A DNA stretch of 64,000 nucleotides from Negativicutes bacterium (GTDB taxonomy: Bacteria > Bacillota > Negativicutes > JAAYSF01): NCBI GenBank assembly GCA_028707635.1, contig JAQWAQ010000001.1:51336-115335 (forward strand), given 5' to 3'. Below the pieces are notes generated by a model, which saw only the letters and a list, made by a program, of their open reading frames with translations, ran no database searches and was not told the DNA's origin. The position numbers were made by a program, and so were the translations under genes. The first letter of the stretch is position 1. The number at the start of each line of letters is the position of its first letter. Below are positions 9,788-19,719 of this stretch, piece after piece.

Positions 9788-11176
9788 CTACCAGACCTTC
9801 CCTGGATTAAGGATACCTTTAGGATCAAAGGCTTGCTTGACCATTTTCAGCGCATTAATCCCGGATTCGCCTAAAGCCTTGGCAATATGGGGCCGTTTGG
9901 TTATGCCAATACCATGCTCGCCAGATAAAGTACCGCCTACAGAAAGCGCTGCATCGAAAATCTCATCTACGGCGGCATGAACTTTATGCTCTTCTCCAGG
10001 CTTGGATAGATCACAGAGTACAGACGGATGGATGTTTCCATCACCCGCATGGCCATAAACGGCAATGGTTAAATTGTATTTTTCTGCTATTTTGCGAATT
10101 AAACGAACAGTCTTCGGAAATGCATCGCGCGGTACAGAAATATCTTCGCCCAATCTATTTGGAGCCATAGCACCTATCGCTGAACTCAACCCTCGGCGTA
10201 TCGCCCAAATTTCATCGACTTCCTGCTGTGAAGCAGCAATCCGAACTTCAGCCACTTCAAATTCATTGGCAATCATGTCAATTTTTGCAGCTTGTTTTTG
10301 CAAGTCCTCATTGCTTTCACCGTCAATTTCAACCACAACACAGGCTTCTATTGAAGGATTAATATCAAGTTTGCGGTGTCTGGCGACTGCCTGGAGGCTA
10401 ATTCTATCCATTAATTCCGCCGCAGCAGGTACAGCTCCTGACATCAGCATTTTATGAATCGTGTTACAAGCATTATCTAATGAAGGGAACATTAATTGCA
10501 TGGTATTCCTTACTTTTGGCATAGGAATCAACCGTAATATTGCCTTGGTGATAACGCCTAAGGTACCTTCCGAGCCAGTAAACAATTGAGTGAGATTATA
10601 GCCAGTTACATTTTTTATTGCTTTACCACCCGTATTAATAATGCTGCCGTCAGCTAATACTACCTCAAGTCCCATGACGTAATTACTGGTCACCCCATAC
10701 TTAACGGCTCTCATTCCCCCAGCGTTTTCTCCCACATTTCCACCAATGGTTGAGTACTTCCAGCTTGCTGGGTCTGGAGGAAAAAACAAATCTTTTTCGG
10801 CACAAAAATTATAAACGTCAACAGTGCGAACACCAGCTTCCACTGTAATCATCATATTGCGTTCGTCTAATTCAATGATTTTTGTCATGCGGTGAAGTGC
10901 TAGAGAAATACCGCCTTGAACAGGAATACACCCGCCCGTGCGGCCACTAGCCGTACCCCGCGGTGTTACTGGAATGCTATGCTCATGGGCAATAGCCATT
11001 ACTGCCGCTATCTCCTCGGTCGTGCTCGGGATTACTACAAGATCAGGAACATTATCTGCCGACATTGGGACAAAAGATGAATCATAAGAATAACCAAAAC
11101 AATCAACACTAGATTCAAGGACATTCTCCGAACCAACTATATCTCGAACTTTTAGTTTAATTTCCTCTGTAATCAA
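9788..11176 (-). CDS. FAD-linked oxidase, GlcD/D-lactate dehydrogenase-like
   Basis: FAD_binding_4-type N-terminus (VVIPSTTEEIAAVMAIAHEHSIPVTPRGTASGRTGG) and the C-terminal FAD-oxidase domain. The likely start is the TTG at 11176 after AGGAGGTG. The gene lies 13 nt upstream of the Fe-S subunit gene, so the two probably form an operon. Confidence 0.85.
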   Translation of the reverse strand: MITEEIKLKVRDIVGSENVLESSVDCFGYSYDSSFVPMSADNVPDLVVIPSTTEEIAAVMAIAHEHSIPVTPRGTASGRTGGCIPVQGGISLALHRMTKIIELDERNMMITVEAGVRTVDVYNFCAEKDLFFPPDPASWKYSTIGGNVGENAGGMRAVKYGVTSNYVMGLEVVLADGSIINTGGKAIKNVTGYNLTQLFTGSEGTLGVITKAILRLIPMPKVRNTMQLMFPSLDNACNTIHKMLMSGAVPAAAELMDRISLQAVARHRKLDINPSIEACVVVEIDGESNEDLQKQAAKIDMIANEFEVAEVRIAASQQEVDEIWAIRRGLSSAIGAMAPNRLGEDISVPRDAFPKTVRLIRKIAEKYNLTIAVYGHAGDGNIHPSVLCDLSKPGEEHKVHAAVDEIFDAALSVGGTLSGEHGIGITKRPHIAKALGESGINALKMVKQAFDPKGILNPGKVW

Positions 11177-11283
11177 TTCATTACACCTCCTAAATTCCAG
11201 GCTACTACTTGTTATTTTATATTTATAAACAAACACTATCATATACTGGAACAAAAGTGAACTACGCTATAAGCAACACAATA

Positions 11284-11310
11284 AAAAACCGCGAATTCGC
11301 GGTTTTTTAT
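11284..11310. terminator. Perfect palindromic terminator between the MCP gene and the glcD-like promoter
   Basis: AAAAAACCGCGAATTCGCGGTTTTTTAT is a GC stem with A/T runs on both sides. Confidence 0.8.
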
Positions 11311-11371
11311 TCAACAACATTAAGCAAAGCCTCAACCCCTTACCCAGGAGTTGAGGCCTTGCTGTTACCTT

Positions 11372-13402
11372 TTAAACACGGAACTTGCTGACAGCTTCTT
11401 GGAGGTCCATTGCTAATTTAGCAAGACTCTGACTTGAAGAGGCAATTTCCTCCATGGATGCGGACTGCTCCTCGGTAGCTGCAGATACCGTCTGGGCTTC
11501 CCCGGATGCCTTTTTGCTCAAGTTATCGATCCGGTTCACCGCTGTAACAATTTGTTGGCTGCCAATAGCCATCTGTTCAATGGCCGTAGAGATTTCCTTT
11601 ATCTGATCAGATACTTGGGTGACCAGTTCCACGATTTCTTGGAAAGCTTGTCCGGCAGCGTTAACGACTTCTGCCCCCACCTTTACTTCTCGGGTGCCAT
11701 CATTCATAGCCGCTACAGCTTTATCGGTCTCTCCCTGGATTCCGCTGATCAGTGCGGCAATCTGCTTGGCTGCTTCCTGGGACTGCTCGGCGAGCTTGCG
11801 CACTTCATCAGCCACTACGGCGAAGCCGCGGCCGTGTTCACCCGCCCGCGCAGCCTCAATAGCGGCGTTAAGAGCTAGAAGATTAGTCTGGCCGGCGATC
11901 CCCGAGATAGCATCTACAATCTGGCCGATTTCATTGGATCGTTCGCCCAATTCAACTACTACTTTGGCCGATGTATTAACAGTCTGTTCAATTTGCATCA
12001 TTTGACTAATTGCTTTATTCACCGACTTGCTGCCATCGTTAGCCTTAGCAGCGGCCTGCGCCGACTGTGCAGCTACACCATTAGTAGTGGCCGCTACCTG
12101 CTGGATACTGGCTGATATCTGTTCAACCACGGCAGATGTGTCGTTAGCCGCATCGAGTTGTTCTGCCGCACCTGTCGCTACATCGGTAATTGACGCTGCG
12201 ACCTGGTTAGCGGCCTGGGCAGATTGGTCAGCACTTGCTGTCAGCTGTTCGCTCGAAGCAGCTAGTTGCTCAGACTGGGAATGAACTTTTGTGACAAGCT
12301 CACGTAAATGCGTCCTCATTTGCCTGATTCCTTGCGCCAGTTGGCCGATTTCATCTTCTAAAGAAACCTTCGCCTCACGTTCCTGCAGGTCGCCTTGGGC
12401 TATAAGCAGGCATTCGTCCCGTATCAGCGCAATGGGTTTGGTGAACTGTTTACTAATAAACACAATCGACGCTGCCGCAATAATTAAACAAAGCAGCGAA
12501 ATAATCAGCATGGTTCGCGCTAGAGCATCCGTATCTTTTGTAGCTTCAGCCTCAGGCGCCGACACTACCATTATCCAGCGTTGGCCACCTGGAAGATCGA
12601 CGGGCGTGAATACGCCGTCTCTTGTCACACCGTCAACAAAGCTGTATACGCCGTGTGTCTGCTGGCCAGACTGAGCTGCTGTCGTAAAAAAATTGATTAG
12701 ATGGTCGTCGAGTTCCTTCTTCGGTAGCTTAAGTTCGTCGTTAACCTTCTTTTCGGCAAGATTCAACTTTCCAATCACTTCAGGCATTTTCGGATGGGCA
12801 ATAATATTTCCTGAATCATCAGCGATGAGCCCATAGCCGGTATCCAGGAATGTCAGATCCTTAATCAACTCTGTCATTGTCGCAAGAGAGTATGTCCCCC
12901 CCACAACCGCGGTAAGCTGCCCATTGTTCATGACCGGCACAGCCAAAAAGACGGATATTTGACCTGTCGCCCTTGAAATCAATGGTTCAGAGACATATGG
13001 TTTTTTCGTATCAAGGACCTTTTTAAAATACTCGCGGTCGCCATATTGCCCTGTACTCCCATCGGCACGAATCGCCGAACCATCTGGTGAAATAAACAGG
13101 ACGGTCTCAAAACCAATCTCATCCTGTATTTCAGTCATTGCTGCAGTAAGCTGAGCCATATCAGTCCCAGCTCGGAAAGTCGGCGTCTTAGCGAGGTCCT
13201 CCAACTGAACCATGATTACCCGAATACTGCTCTGCAAACGTTGACCATAGTCAGTTCCAATCGCGTCAGCCGTTTGATTAATGCTATTTTCCAAAGATCG
13301 CTGTGAGATATAATAACTAATCCCGGACAACACGCTTAATACCACAAAAACAAGCGGCAACAAGTAAATTAGCAGTCGAGTCTGAACACTTTTAATTTTC
13401 AT
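11372..13402 (-). CDS. Methyl-accepting chemotaxis protein with a periplasmic dCache-like sensor, HAMP and MCP signalling domains
   Basis: 676 aa with N-terminal and second TM segments. The Ala/Gln-rich coiled coil contains the conserved MCP tip ([18 protein letters not shown]...) and methylation heptads. Confidence 0.9.
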   Translation of the reverse strand: MKIKSVQTRLLIYLLPLVFVVLSVLSGISYYISQRSLENSINQTADAIGTDYGQRLQSSIRVIMVQLEDLAKTPTFRAGTDMAQLTAAMTEIQDEIGFETVLFISPDGSAIRADGSTGQYGDREYFKKVLDTKKPYVSEPLISRATGQISVFLAVPVMNNGQLTAVVGGTYSLATMTELIKDLTFLDTGYGLIADDSGNIIAHPKMPEVIGKLNLAEKKVNDELKLPKKELDDHLINFFTTAAQSGQQTHGVYSFVDGVTRDGVFTPVDLPGGQRWIMVVSAPEAEATKDTDALARTMLIISLLCLIIAAASIVFISKQFTKPIALIRDECLLIAQGDLQEREAKVSLEDEIGQLAQGIRQMRTHLRELVTKVHSQSEQLAASSEQLTASADQSAQAANQVAASITDVATGAAEQLDAANDTSAVVEQISASIQQVAATTNGVAAQSAQAAAKANDGSKSVNKAISQMMQIEQTVNTSAKVVVELGERSNEIGQIVDAISGIAGQTNLLALNAAIEAARAGEHGRGFAVVADEVRKLAEQSQEAAKQIAALISGIQGETDKAVAAMNDGTREVKVGAEVVNAAGQAFQEIVELVTQVSDQIKEISTAIEQMAIGSQQIVTAVNRIDNLSKKASGEAQTVSAATEEQSASMEEIASSSQSLAKLAMDLQEAVSKFRV

Positions 13403-13467
13403 GTGGATAGCCTCCTTTATTGAACCTTTACAACTCTTCCGTTTCTACTCGCAAAAAAAGATCAGGC

Positions 13468-13489
13468 CAAAGCCTGATCTCATCATACG
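13468..13489 (-). terminator. Terminator downstream of the phnA-like gene
   Basis: AGATCAGGC-caaa-GCCTGATCT hairpin, followed on the minus strand by TTTTTTTGCGAG. Confidence 0.7.
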
Positions 13490-13664
13490 CAATGGCAACC
13501 TGGCAATCGTAGGAAAAAACCCTTAGACCCATAGCTTTGCGTCCTTACCTTTCGATAAGTTTGCCAATTTTTTCTATACTGTAGCATAATTTGTCGCAAT
13601 TAGCAATATTTTTTTTGCCCGAACATCCTAGTAACAGGACTTTGGGCCTACTACTTGCACTCCT

Positions 13665-14006
13665 CTATATCTTCTTAACAAATTCAGACTTTAATTTCAT
13701 AGCGCCAAAACCATCAATTTGGCAGTCAATATTATGATCTCCATCAACCAAACGAATATTTTTAACTTTTGTACCTATTTTTATGGCAGATGAACTTCCC
13801 TTAACTTTAAGGTCTTTGATGACTGTCACAGAGTCACCGTTGCTTAAAACATTCCCATTTGCGTCTTTGACAGTCTTTTTATCGCCACTATTTTCGGTTT
13901 CTGACTCTAAAGCCCACTCATGAGCACATTCCGGACAAATCAAAAAACTTCCATCTTCATAAGTGTATTCTGAATTACATTTTGGGCAATTTGGCAAATC
14001 AGCCAT
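13665..14006 (-). CDS. phnA: PhnA/YjdC-family zinc-ribbon protein
   Basis: [19 protein letters not shown]...CPECAHEW zinc ribbon, then a C-terminal beta domain ending ...[20 protein letters not shown]. The start is the ATG at 14006 with a GGAGG RBS. Confidence 0.8.
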   Translation of the reverse strand: MADLPNCPKCNSEYTYEDGSFLICPECAHEWALESETENSGDKKTVKDANGNVLSNGDSVTVIKDLKVKGSSSAIKIGTKVKNIRLVDGDHNIDCQIDGFGAMKLKSEFVKKI

Positions 14007-14155
14007 AATTCCATTCCTCCATTCGTTATTGTAATCTTTCTGCGCGTGGGATGGTTCCATAGTTTTGCCAGGTCTCTTTTTTGGTTATAACACCCAGGAA
14101 AATTAGGACAGATTGTTGGAACAATAGTATCGAGCAATGCCAACGAGGTGATATA

Positions 14156-15244
14156 TTGTTGTTAGATCAATTCCTTAATCAGCAAAAACTACCAAGAATC
14201 CTTATCCTTCGTTTAAGTTCCATTGGTGATGTCCTGCAGGCTTCACCCGTCGCTCGTGAACTTCGCAGGGCTTTCCCTGCTTCATATATCTCTTGGATAG
14301 TAGAGTCGAAATCACAAGAAGTCGTTCAAGGCAATAGTAATCTTGACAGCATTTTTGTGTGGCCTCGCAAAGAGTGGACCGACGAGGCCAAAAAAACCGG
14401 CAACTATCTTGCCTTAGCCAGAAGGAATCTGGCCTTCGTTAAGCAAATACGAAAAGAGAAGTTTCAAATTAGCATTGATCTGCACGGAATGCTTAGAAGT
14501 GGATTCCTAAGCTATCTCAGCGGCGCTAAATACCGCCTATGCTTACCCAACCCCCCGGAGCATGCCGAATACTTTGCTAATATTAACGCGAAGACTAGAA
14601 ATTTTACTACCGTATTCTCACGGTATTTGAGTGTTCTAAAAGAATTCGGCATTCATAAGACTGAGCCCGAAATGGAAATGCCAATTTCATTATGTAGCAA
14701 ACGCTTTGCGCTGGAATTTATGGCAAATCACGGTCTTAAGGAAAAAAAGTTCTTTATACTTAATCCTGCGACAAGCCTACCAGCTAAATGTTGGTCTGCC
14801 GATAAATTCGCAAAGTTAGGAGATGTGCTCATAGAAACATACCATTTGCCAGTACTAATCTTTGGTGCTCAAAGCGACCGCCTGCTTACTGAAAAGATAA
14901 TAACTGAAATGAGACACAAACCTATAGATGTTACCGGATTAATAAATCTAAAACAGTTGGGAGCCATAACAAAACAAGCATGTACTTTTATTTCCGGTGA
15001 TACAGGGCCCCTCTATATTGCTCAAGCAGTGGGAACTCCTACTGTTGCTATATTTGGACCAACTCATGCCAACTACTATAGCTTGGGAAAGAAAAATCAT
15101 ATTGCAATTCAAGGGCGGGATACATGCACGAATAATGTAACTACTATTGAAGTTTATCGTGCTATAAGACAATTAACTACTGTAAAAACATTTACTAACA
15201 TGCATTCACAGAAAAGAATCAACCTAACCCCCCTGGAATCATAG
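14156..15244 (+). CDS. Glycosyltransferase family 9 (ADP-heptose:LPS heptosyltransferase-like)
   Basis: N-terminal ILILRLSSIGDVLQASPV is the GT9 hallmark. The size is about 360 aa. The preferred start is the TTG at 14156, five nt after GAGGTG. An in-frame ATG at 14081 is the alternative. Confidence 0.8.
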   Translation: MLLDQFLNQQKLPRILILRLSSIGDVLQASPVARELRRAFPASYISWIVESKSQEVVQGNSNLDSIFVWPRKEWTDEAKKTGNYLALARRNLAFVKQIRKEKFQISIDLHGMLRSGFLSYLSGAKYRLCLPNPPEHAEYFANINAKTRNFTTVFSRYLSVLKEFGIHKTEPEMEMPISLCSKRFALEFMANHGLKEKKFFILNPATSLPAKCWSADKFAKLGDVLIETYHLPVLIFGAQSDRLLTEKIITEMRHKPIDVTGLINLKQLGAITKQACTFISGDTGPLYIAQAVGTPTVAIFGPTHANYYSLGKKNHIAIQGRDTCTNNVTTIEVYRAIRQLTTVKTFTNMHSQKRINLTPLES

Positions 15245-15277
15245 CATAGAAGCTAGTAATATTACGATACTATAATA

Positions 15278-15308
15278 AAAAATTCCTAGCTACTGTCATT
15301 AGTAGCCA
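15278..15308. terminator. Bidirectional hairpin terminator between the GT9 gene and the tRNA
   Basis: TTCCTAGCTACT-gtcatt-AGTAGCCAGGAA stem, followed by CTTTATTTGATTT. Confidence 0.6.
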
Positions 15309-15328
15309 GGAACTTTATTTGATTTAGC

Positions 15329-15403
15329 TGGTAGCCCTAAGGGGAATTGAACCCCTGACTCCGCCTTGAGAGGGCAGCGTCTTAACCACTTGACCATAGG
15401 GCC
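15329..15403 (-). tRNA. tRNA-Glu with anticodon CUC and an encoded CCA
   Basis: I folded the reverse complement GGCCCTATGGTCAAGTGGTTAAGACGCTGCCCTCTCAAGGCGGAGTCAGGGGTTCAATTCCCCTTAGGGCTACCA by hand into a cloverleaf. It has a 7-bp acceptor stem, a D-arm, an anticodon stem CTGCC/GGCGG with loop CTCTCAA (U33, anticodon CTC, A37), and a T-arm AGGGG-TTCAATT-CCCCT. It lies directly downstream of gltX. Confidence 0.8.
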
Positions 15404-15444
15404 AAAAAACTTAAGTATTTCCTACGACTATTAATTATAACTGT

Positions 15445-16917
15445 TTATATTGAAATTTGCAAGATAAAACTTATTGCCTGCTTCAACCTTGCCAGACAAC
15501 GGTCTTTACCTAATAATGCCATGACGTCAAACAATCCTGGACTCACCGTTCGTCCGGTCAATGCCAGTCTGGTGGGGTGAATAAGTTCGCCCGCCTTTAT
15601 ACCAAGCTCCTCGATGAGTATTTGATAGGTCTCTTCCGTATGTTTAACATCAAAGACCTCTAGCTGTTCCAAACGCTCATGAGCCTTGCGCAAAAGCTCG
15701 GCGACCCCCGGAGAAGAAAAGTATTTGCGCTGGCCCTTCTCCTCATATTCAGTAACATCCTTAAAATAATACTCTGCTGCTTCGGTTAGTTCGACAAGGG
15801 TTTTGACTCGATCCCGCACGACGCTGACGACTGCCCGGATTGTATCATACTGCTCTGCTGCTTGTTCTTCAGTTACCAGCCCTTTTCGTAAAAAGAAAGG
15901 TATTGTTTCGCGGGTAACATCGTCAAGATTCATGCTATTGAGATATTGGCCGTTGATCCAGGTAAGTTTTTTCGTATCATAAATGGCCGCCTTCTTTGAA
16001 ACCTTATCCAGTTGGAATTTATCCATTGACTCTGCAGGCGTAAAAATTTCTTGGTCACTCCCCGGCGACCATCCCAAAAGAGTCAAATAATTGACAATTG
16101 CCGGTGCCAAAAAGCCCTGGTCGCGGAATTCTTCTACCGATGTGGCTCCATGACGCTTGCTGAGCTTACTGCGATCAGGCGCAAGAATCATAGCCACATG
16201 TGCAAATTGAATAGGCTCATAGCCCAACGCCTCATAAAGCAATACTTGTTTCGGCGTATTCGAGAGGTGCTCTTCCGCACGAATTACATGGCTGATCGCC
16301 ATTGCATGATCATCAACAACGCAGGCAAAATTATAAGTTGGCATCCCATTCGACTTCATAATGACAAGATCGTCAAACTGATCAAGAGAAAACTTTACCT
16401 CTCCATGAACCAAATCTTTGACTTTCACCTGTCCTGAAGCAGGAATTCGCAGCCTAATCACAGCTTTTTCCCCTTCTGCAATCCTTTTCTGCGCTATAGA
16501 GAGCAAAAGGTCGCGACATTTGCCATTATACCGAAATGCCTCACCAGCCTGGTGCTGACTCACTCTGACCTCTTCTAATTCCGTTGGCGTGCAGAAGCAA
16601 TAATACGCTTTCCCTTCCTGAATAAGCCGTTCCGCTTCCTCCCGGTACAAGTCTAGTCGCTTAGACTGATAATAGGGTCCGCAGGGGCCGCCTGTTTCCG
16701 GTCCTTCGTCCCATTCTATCCCCAGCCATCTCATGCTGGACAGAATCTGCGATATGGAATCTTCCTTTAGCCGTTCTGTATCCGTATCCTCAATCCGAAG
16801 AACTAACTTCCCCTGATTTTGACGGGCAAAAAGCCAGTTAAACAGCGCCGTCCTCGCTCCACCAATATGTAAATAGCCCGTCGGACTTGGAGCAAACCTT
16901 ACTCTGACCGTATTCAA
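15445..16917 (-). CDS. gltX: Glutamate--tRNA ligase
   Basis: 490 aa. The HIGH motif reads PSPTGYLHIGGARTALFNWLFAR. The KMSKS-like motif is KLSKRHG. Confidence 0.95.
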   Translation of the reverse strand: MNTVRVRFAPSPTGYLHIGGARTALFNWLFARQNQGKLVLRIEDTDTERLKEDSISQILSSMRWLGIEWDEGPETGGPCGPYYQSKRLDLYREEAERLIQEGKAYYCFCTPTELEEVRVSQHQAGEAFRYNGKCRDLLLSIAQKRIAEGEKAVIRLRIPASGQVKVKDLVHGEVKFSLDQFDDLVIMKSNGMPTYNFACVVDDHAMAISHVIRAEEHLSNTPKQVLLYEALGYEPIQFAHVAMILAPDRSKLSKRHGATSVEEFRDQGFLAPAIVNYLTLLGWSPGSDQEIFTPAESMDKFQLDKVSKKAAIYDTKKLTWINGQYLNSMNLDDVTRETIPFFLRKGLVTEEQAAEQYDTIRAVVSVVRDRVKTLVELTEAAEYYFKDVTEYEEKGQRKYFSSPGVAELLRKAHERLEQLEVFDVKHTEETYQILIEELGIKAGELIHPTRLALTGRTVSPGLFDVMALLGKDRCLARLKQAISFILQISI

Positions 16918-17064
16918 ACACAGGCACCTCCTAACTTATATGTAAAATTCATTATATCACAATTGACACGAAATATATTTTCCAACTGCCCAATTCATGG
17001 AAACGGCCTATCATGACTATGACAATTAGAGTATGGATTTTACTTCTGTTAAAGGAGCTAAAAA

Positions 17065-18129
17065 ATGAAAAAGATTGCAATTGTTATGAGTCTGATTTTG
17101 TCCCTTATACTTTTAAGCAGCTGCACAAATAAGAATGCAATACCACAGGATAATCAACCACAACTTACTATTAAAGACTATTTTGCCTTTGAAGAAAATA
17201 CAAAATACATGTACGAAGGTACAGGGAATGAATATGCTGCTTACAATGTTCTGGTAGATTATTTGAGTGAAAACCGTGTTCAATTAAGATCGAATAACGG
17301 CGGCACAGAAACGGTAAAAGTACTGGAAAATAAAGATGGCAAGCTCACACTGCTATTATCAAGATCTGAATGTTATTATAGAGAAAATTTTACTCAAAGC
17401 CCTAGTAGTAACGGAGAAATATTATTGCAAGAACCGCTCACAAGCGGAACCGCCTGGACCCTCGCAGACAATAGAAAACGATATATCTCTAATACCGAGA
17501 TAGACATAATCACACCCGTAGGTAAATATAAAACGCTTGAAGTTACTACAGAGGGTAAAGAATATAAAACATTAGATTATTATGCACCAAAGGTTGGTTT
17601 AGTTAAAACAGTCTTCATTGCAAATGGAAATGAGATTTCCTCCTCGTTGAGTAAAATAGAGAGAAACATTGCATTCACTCAAACAGTACAATTCTATTAT
17701 CCAGCTGCATATGAAGATAGACTGTATTTTGTAGATAAGCAGCTTTCCTTTCATACTAATGATATAACAAGAGCTATTCTTGAAAAGGCTTATAACGATA
17801 CCCCTAAAGAAAATCTGGCCAAAGTGCTTAGCCGTAATGCTAAAATAAAAAGTCTATATTTAAATAATAATGTTGTTTATGTGGATTTCTCAAAAGAACT
17901 AGTTAGGGAAATGAATGCAGGTTCGGGCACTGAAGGTATGATCTTGCAAAGTATTACAAATACACTTGGCACATATTACGGTACCGATAAAGTTTATCTC
18001 ACCATCGAAGGCAGTCCTTACTCATCAGGTCATATTGTGATGGAAAAAGGTGAGTTTTTTACTGTAAATTTAAAAAATAGTGTTAAACTAGAGAACCCTC
18101 CCCGCGAGTCCAATAAGACTAAAAACTAA
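17065..18129 (+). CDS. Lipoprotein with a C-terminal GerMN domain
   Basis: Signal peptide plus lipobox (LLSSC). The C-terminal region (VYVDFSKELVREMNAGSGTEGMILQSITNTLGTYYGTDKVYLTIEGSPYSSGHIVM) resembles GerMN. Confidence 0.7.
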   Translation: MKKIAIVMSLILSLILLSSCTNKNAIPQDNQPQLTIKDYFAFEENTKYMYEGTGNEYAAYNVLVDYLSENRVQLRSNNGGTETVKVLENKDGKLTLLLSRSECYYRENFTQSPSSNGEILLQEPLTSGTAWTLADNRKRYISNTEIDIITPVGKYKTLEVTTEGKEYKTLDYYAPKVGLVKTVFIANGNEISSSLSKIERNIAFTQTVQFYYPAAYEDRLYFVDKQLSFHTNDITRAILEKAYNDTPKENLAKVLSRNAKIKSLYLNNNVVYVDFSKELVREMNAGSGTEGMILQSITNTLGTYYGTDKVYLTIEGSPYSSGHIVMEKGEFFTVNLKNSVKLENPPRESNKTKN

Positions 18130-18144
18130 GAAACGAGGTGCCCT

Positions 18145-18555
18145 ATGTCCTTTTGGCTAGCAAAAACAGAACCTAATACCTTTAGCTATGCTGATCTTGA
18201 GCGTCTAAAAAAAGATATGTGGGATGGCGTTCGCAATTTTACTGCAGCCAAGCACATTAAGAATATGCAGCCTAGCGACCTTATTCTCATTTATCACTCA
18301 GGCAAAGAGAGAGCTATTGTAGGCGTAGCAGAAGTAACGTCTGATCCCTACCCTGATCCCACATCGTCAGATTCCCGTTTCGTCACCGTCGACGTCATAC
18401 CTTGCCACCGCCTGCATCGTCCTGTTACCCTTCGTGAGATCAAGGCTTTACCCGCCTTTGCTAATTGGGAGCTTGTTCGCCAATCTCGGTTGTCTGTCAT
18501 GCCTGTTTCAGAAAGCCATTGGCAACTCATTATGAAATTATCCGCACAGCCTTAG
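18145..18555 (+). CDS. EVE (PUA-like) domain protein
   Basis: MSFWLAKTEPNTFSYADLERLKKDMWDGVRNFTAAKHIKNMQPSDLILIYHSG is the typical EVE domain. The protein is 136 aa. Confidence 0.8.
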   Translation: MSFWLAKTEPNTFSYADLERLKKDMWDGVRNFTAAKHIKNMQPSDLILIYHSGKERAIVGVAEVTSDPYPDPTSSDSRFVTVDVIPCHRLHRPVTLREIKALPAFANWELVRQSRLSVMPVSESHWQLIMKLSAQP

Positions 18556-18599
18556 TCTAGAGAAAGCAAAGATACAGAGTCTGTATTTCTGGCCAGTGC

Positions 18600-18950
18600 T
18601 CAAAATCCAAAGCTACGTAATGCTAGCATGGCAGCCATACCTCCCCCCATGGTCACCAGAGGGGGTTGGCGAAAATAGGCCAAAAGCACTGCTATTGTGC
18701 CGGCAATAAGATAGCTATTGCCTGTTGAAATTTCAATGTAACCATGTGGCGCGAAGAGTGTCGGAGCAATTAAAGCAGTAAGTATCGCCGTAGGTACATA
18801 CTTCAAAAAGCGTTTAAGACGCGGGGAAATACCTGCACCTCCCAAAATCGCCTGGCTGGTAAAACGCGTAAAGAAAGTGGCAACAGCCATAACAACAATT
18901 GTGATAACAACTTCAGTTCTCATCATTTTCAGCCCCCTCCAAAATCCCAC
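18600..18950 (-). CDS. azlD: Branched-chain amino acid transporter AzlD
   Basis: 116-aa polytopic membrane protein. It overlaps azlC upstream. Confidence 0.75.
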   Translation of the reverse strand: MGFWRGLKMMRTEVVITIVVMAVATFFTRFTSQAILGGAGISPRLKRFLKYVPTAILTALIAPTLFAPHGYIEISTGNSYLIAGTIAVLLAYFRQPPLVTMGGGMAAMLALRSFGF

Positions 18951-19602
18951 CTGCCACAGCTGCGGTCAAACAGGCAATAATGATATACCACTTTCCAGGG
19001 ATAGTAACCGCCGCCACTATGCTAACCCCAGCCGCAATCAGACATACCATTAGGTTACGTTTGTCAGTAAGGCGCGGAATTAATAAGGCCAAAAAAGTTG
19101 CCGGCATGGCAAAGTCTAACCCCCAAGAGAGTGGATTACTGATGCGGCTGCCGAGAAGAATTCCGCCAATAGTTGATACAACCCAAGTAACATAGCAAAT
19201 CATATTGCTGCCTAGTTGATAGGCCGCACTATAACCAATTGCTTGTACACGGCTAATCGTTACCGCATAAGATTCGTCAACCATACCAAATGAGAGGAAA
19301 GCTTTCTGTGGCATGGATAGTCCATTCATATAAGGCGCAAGAGACATCCCCATTAACAGATGCCGAAGATTTATCAGTAAAGCTGTTAGCGCAATCATTG
19401 CCATACCAGCTCCTTCGGCAAACATTGGCAAACTGATAAACTGGGCCGCCCCCGCAAAGACCAGCAGCGACATTAATAACGTCTCTCCTGAAGTAAGTCC
19501 GATAGATTGAGCTACAATACCATAAGCAAGCCCAAACGGGAACACCCCAACCATGATGGGAAGAGTGTCTTTAACCCCTGCCAAAAATTCTTTTGTTTTC
19601 AT
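18913..19602 (-). CDS. azlC: Branched-chain amino acid permease AzlC
   Basis: 229 aa. LPIMVGVFPFGLAYGIVAQSIGL matches the AzlC family. Confidence 0.8.
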   Translation of the reverse strand: MKTKEFLAGVKDTLPIMVGVFPFGLAYGIVAQSIGLTSGETLLMSLLVFAGAAQFISLPMFAEGAGMAMIALTALLINLRHLLMGMSLAPYMNGLSMPQKAFLSFGMVDESYAVTISRVQAIGYSAAYQLGSNMICYVTWVVSTIGGILLGSRISNPLSWGLDFAMPATFLALLIPRLTDKRNLMVCLIAAGVSIVAAVTIPGKWYIIIACLTAAVAGGILEGAENDEN

Positions 19603-19719
19603 TTATAGCTCCCCCACCCAACTTGTTTTATTCATATTAACTGGAAGGAATCCAACTGTAAATATCCAATATAATATAAATAAAATACCAATTTAGATGA
19701 TTTAGGAGAAATATCGCAA

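Noticed and set aside
11552-12674. Four + strand ORFs of 85-128 aa, rich in Ala and Ser
   Set aside because: They are shadow ORFs opposite the GC-rich, Ala/Gln-codon-rich coiled-coil region of the MCP gene and have no independent signals.
13940-14143. 67-aa minus-strand ORF
   Set aside because: It overlaps the 5' end of phnA and the GT9 start region. The ATG with GGAGG at 14006 for phnA explains the locus better.
16918-17064. Possible T-box leader upstream of gltX
   Set aside because: The intergenic region is only ~145 bp and is shared with a divergent gene. I could not find a specifier loop or a T-box sequence.
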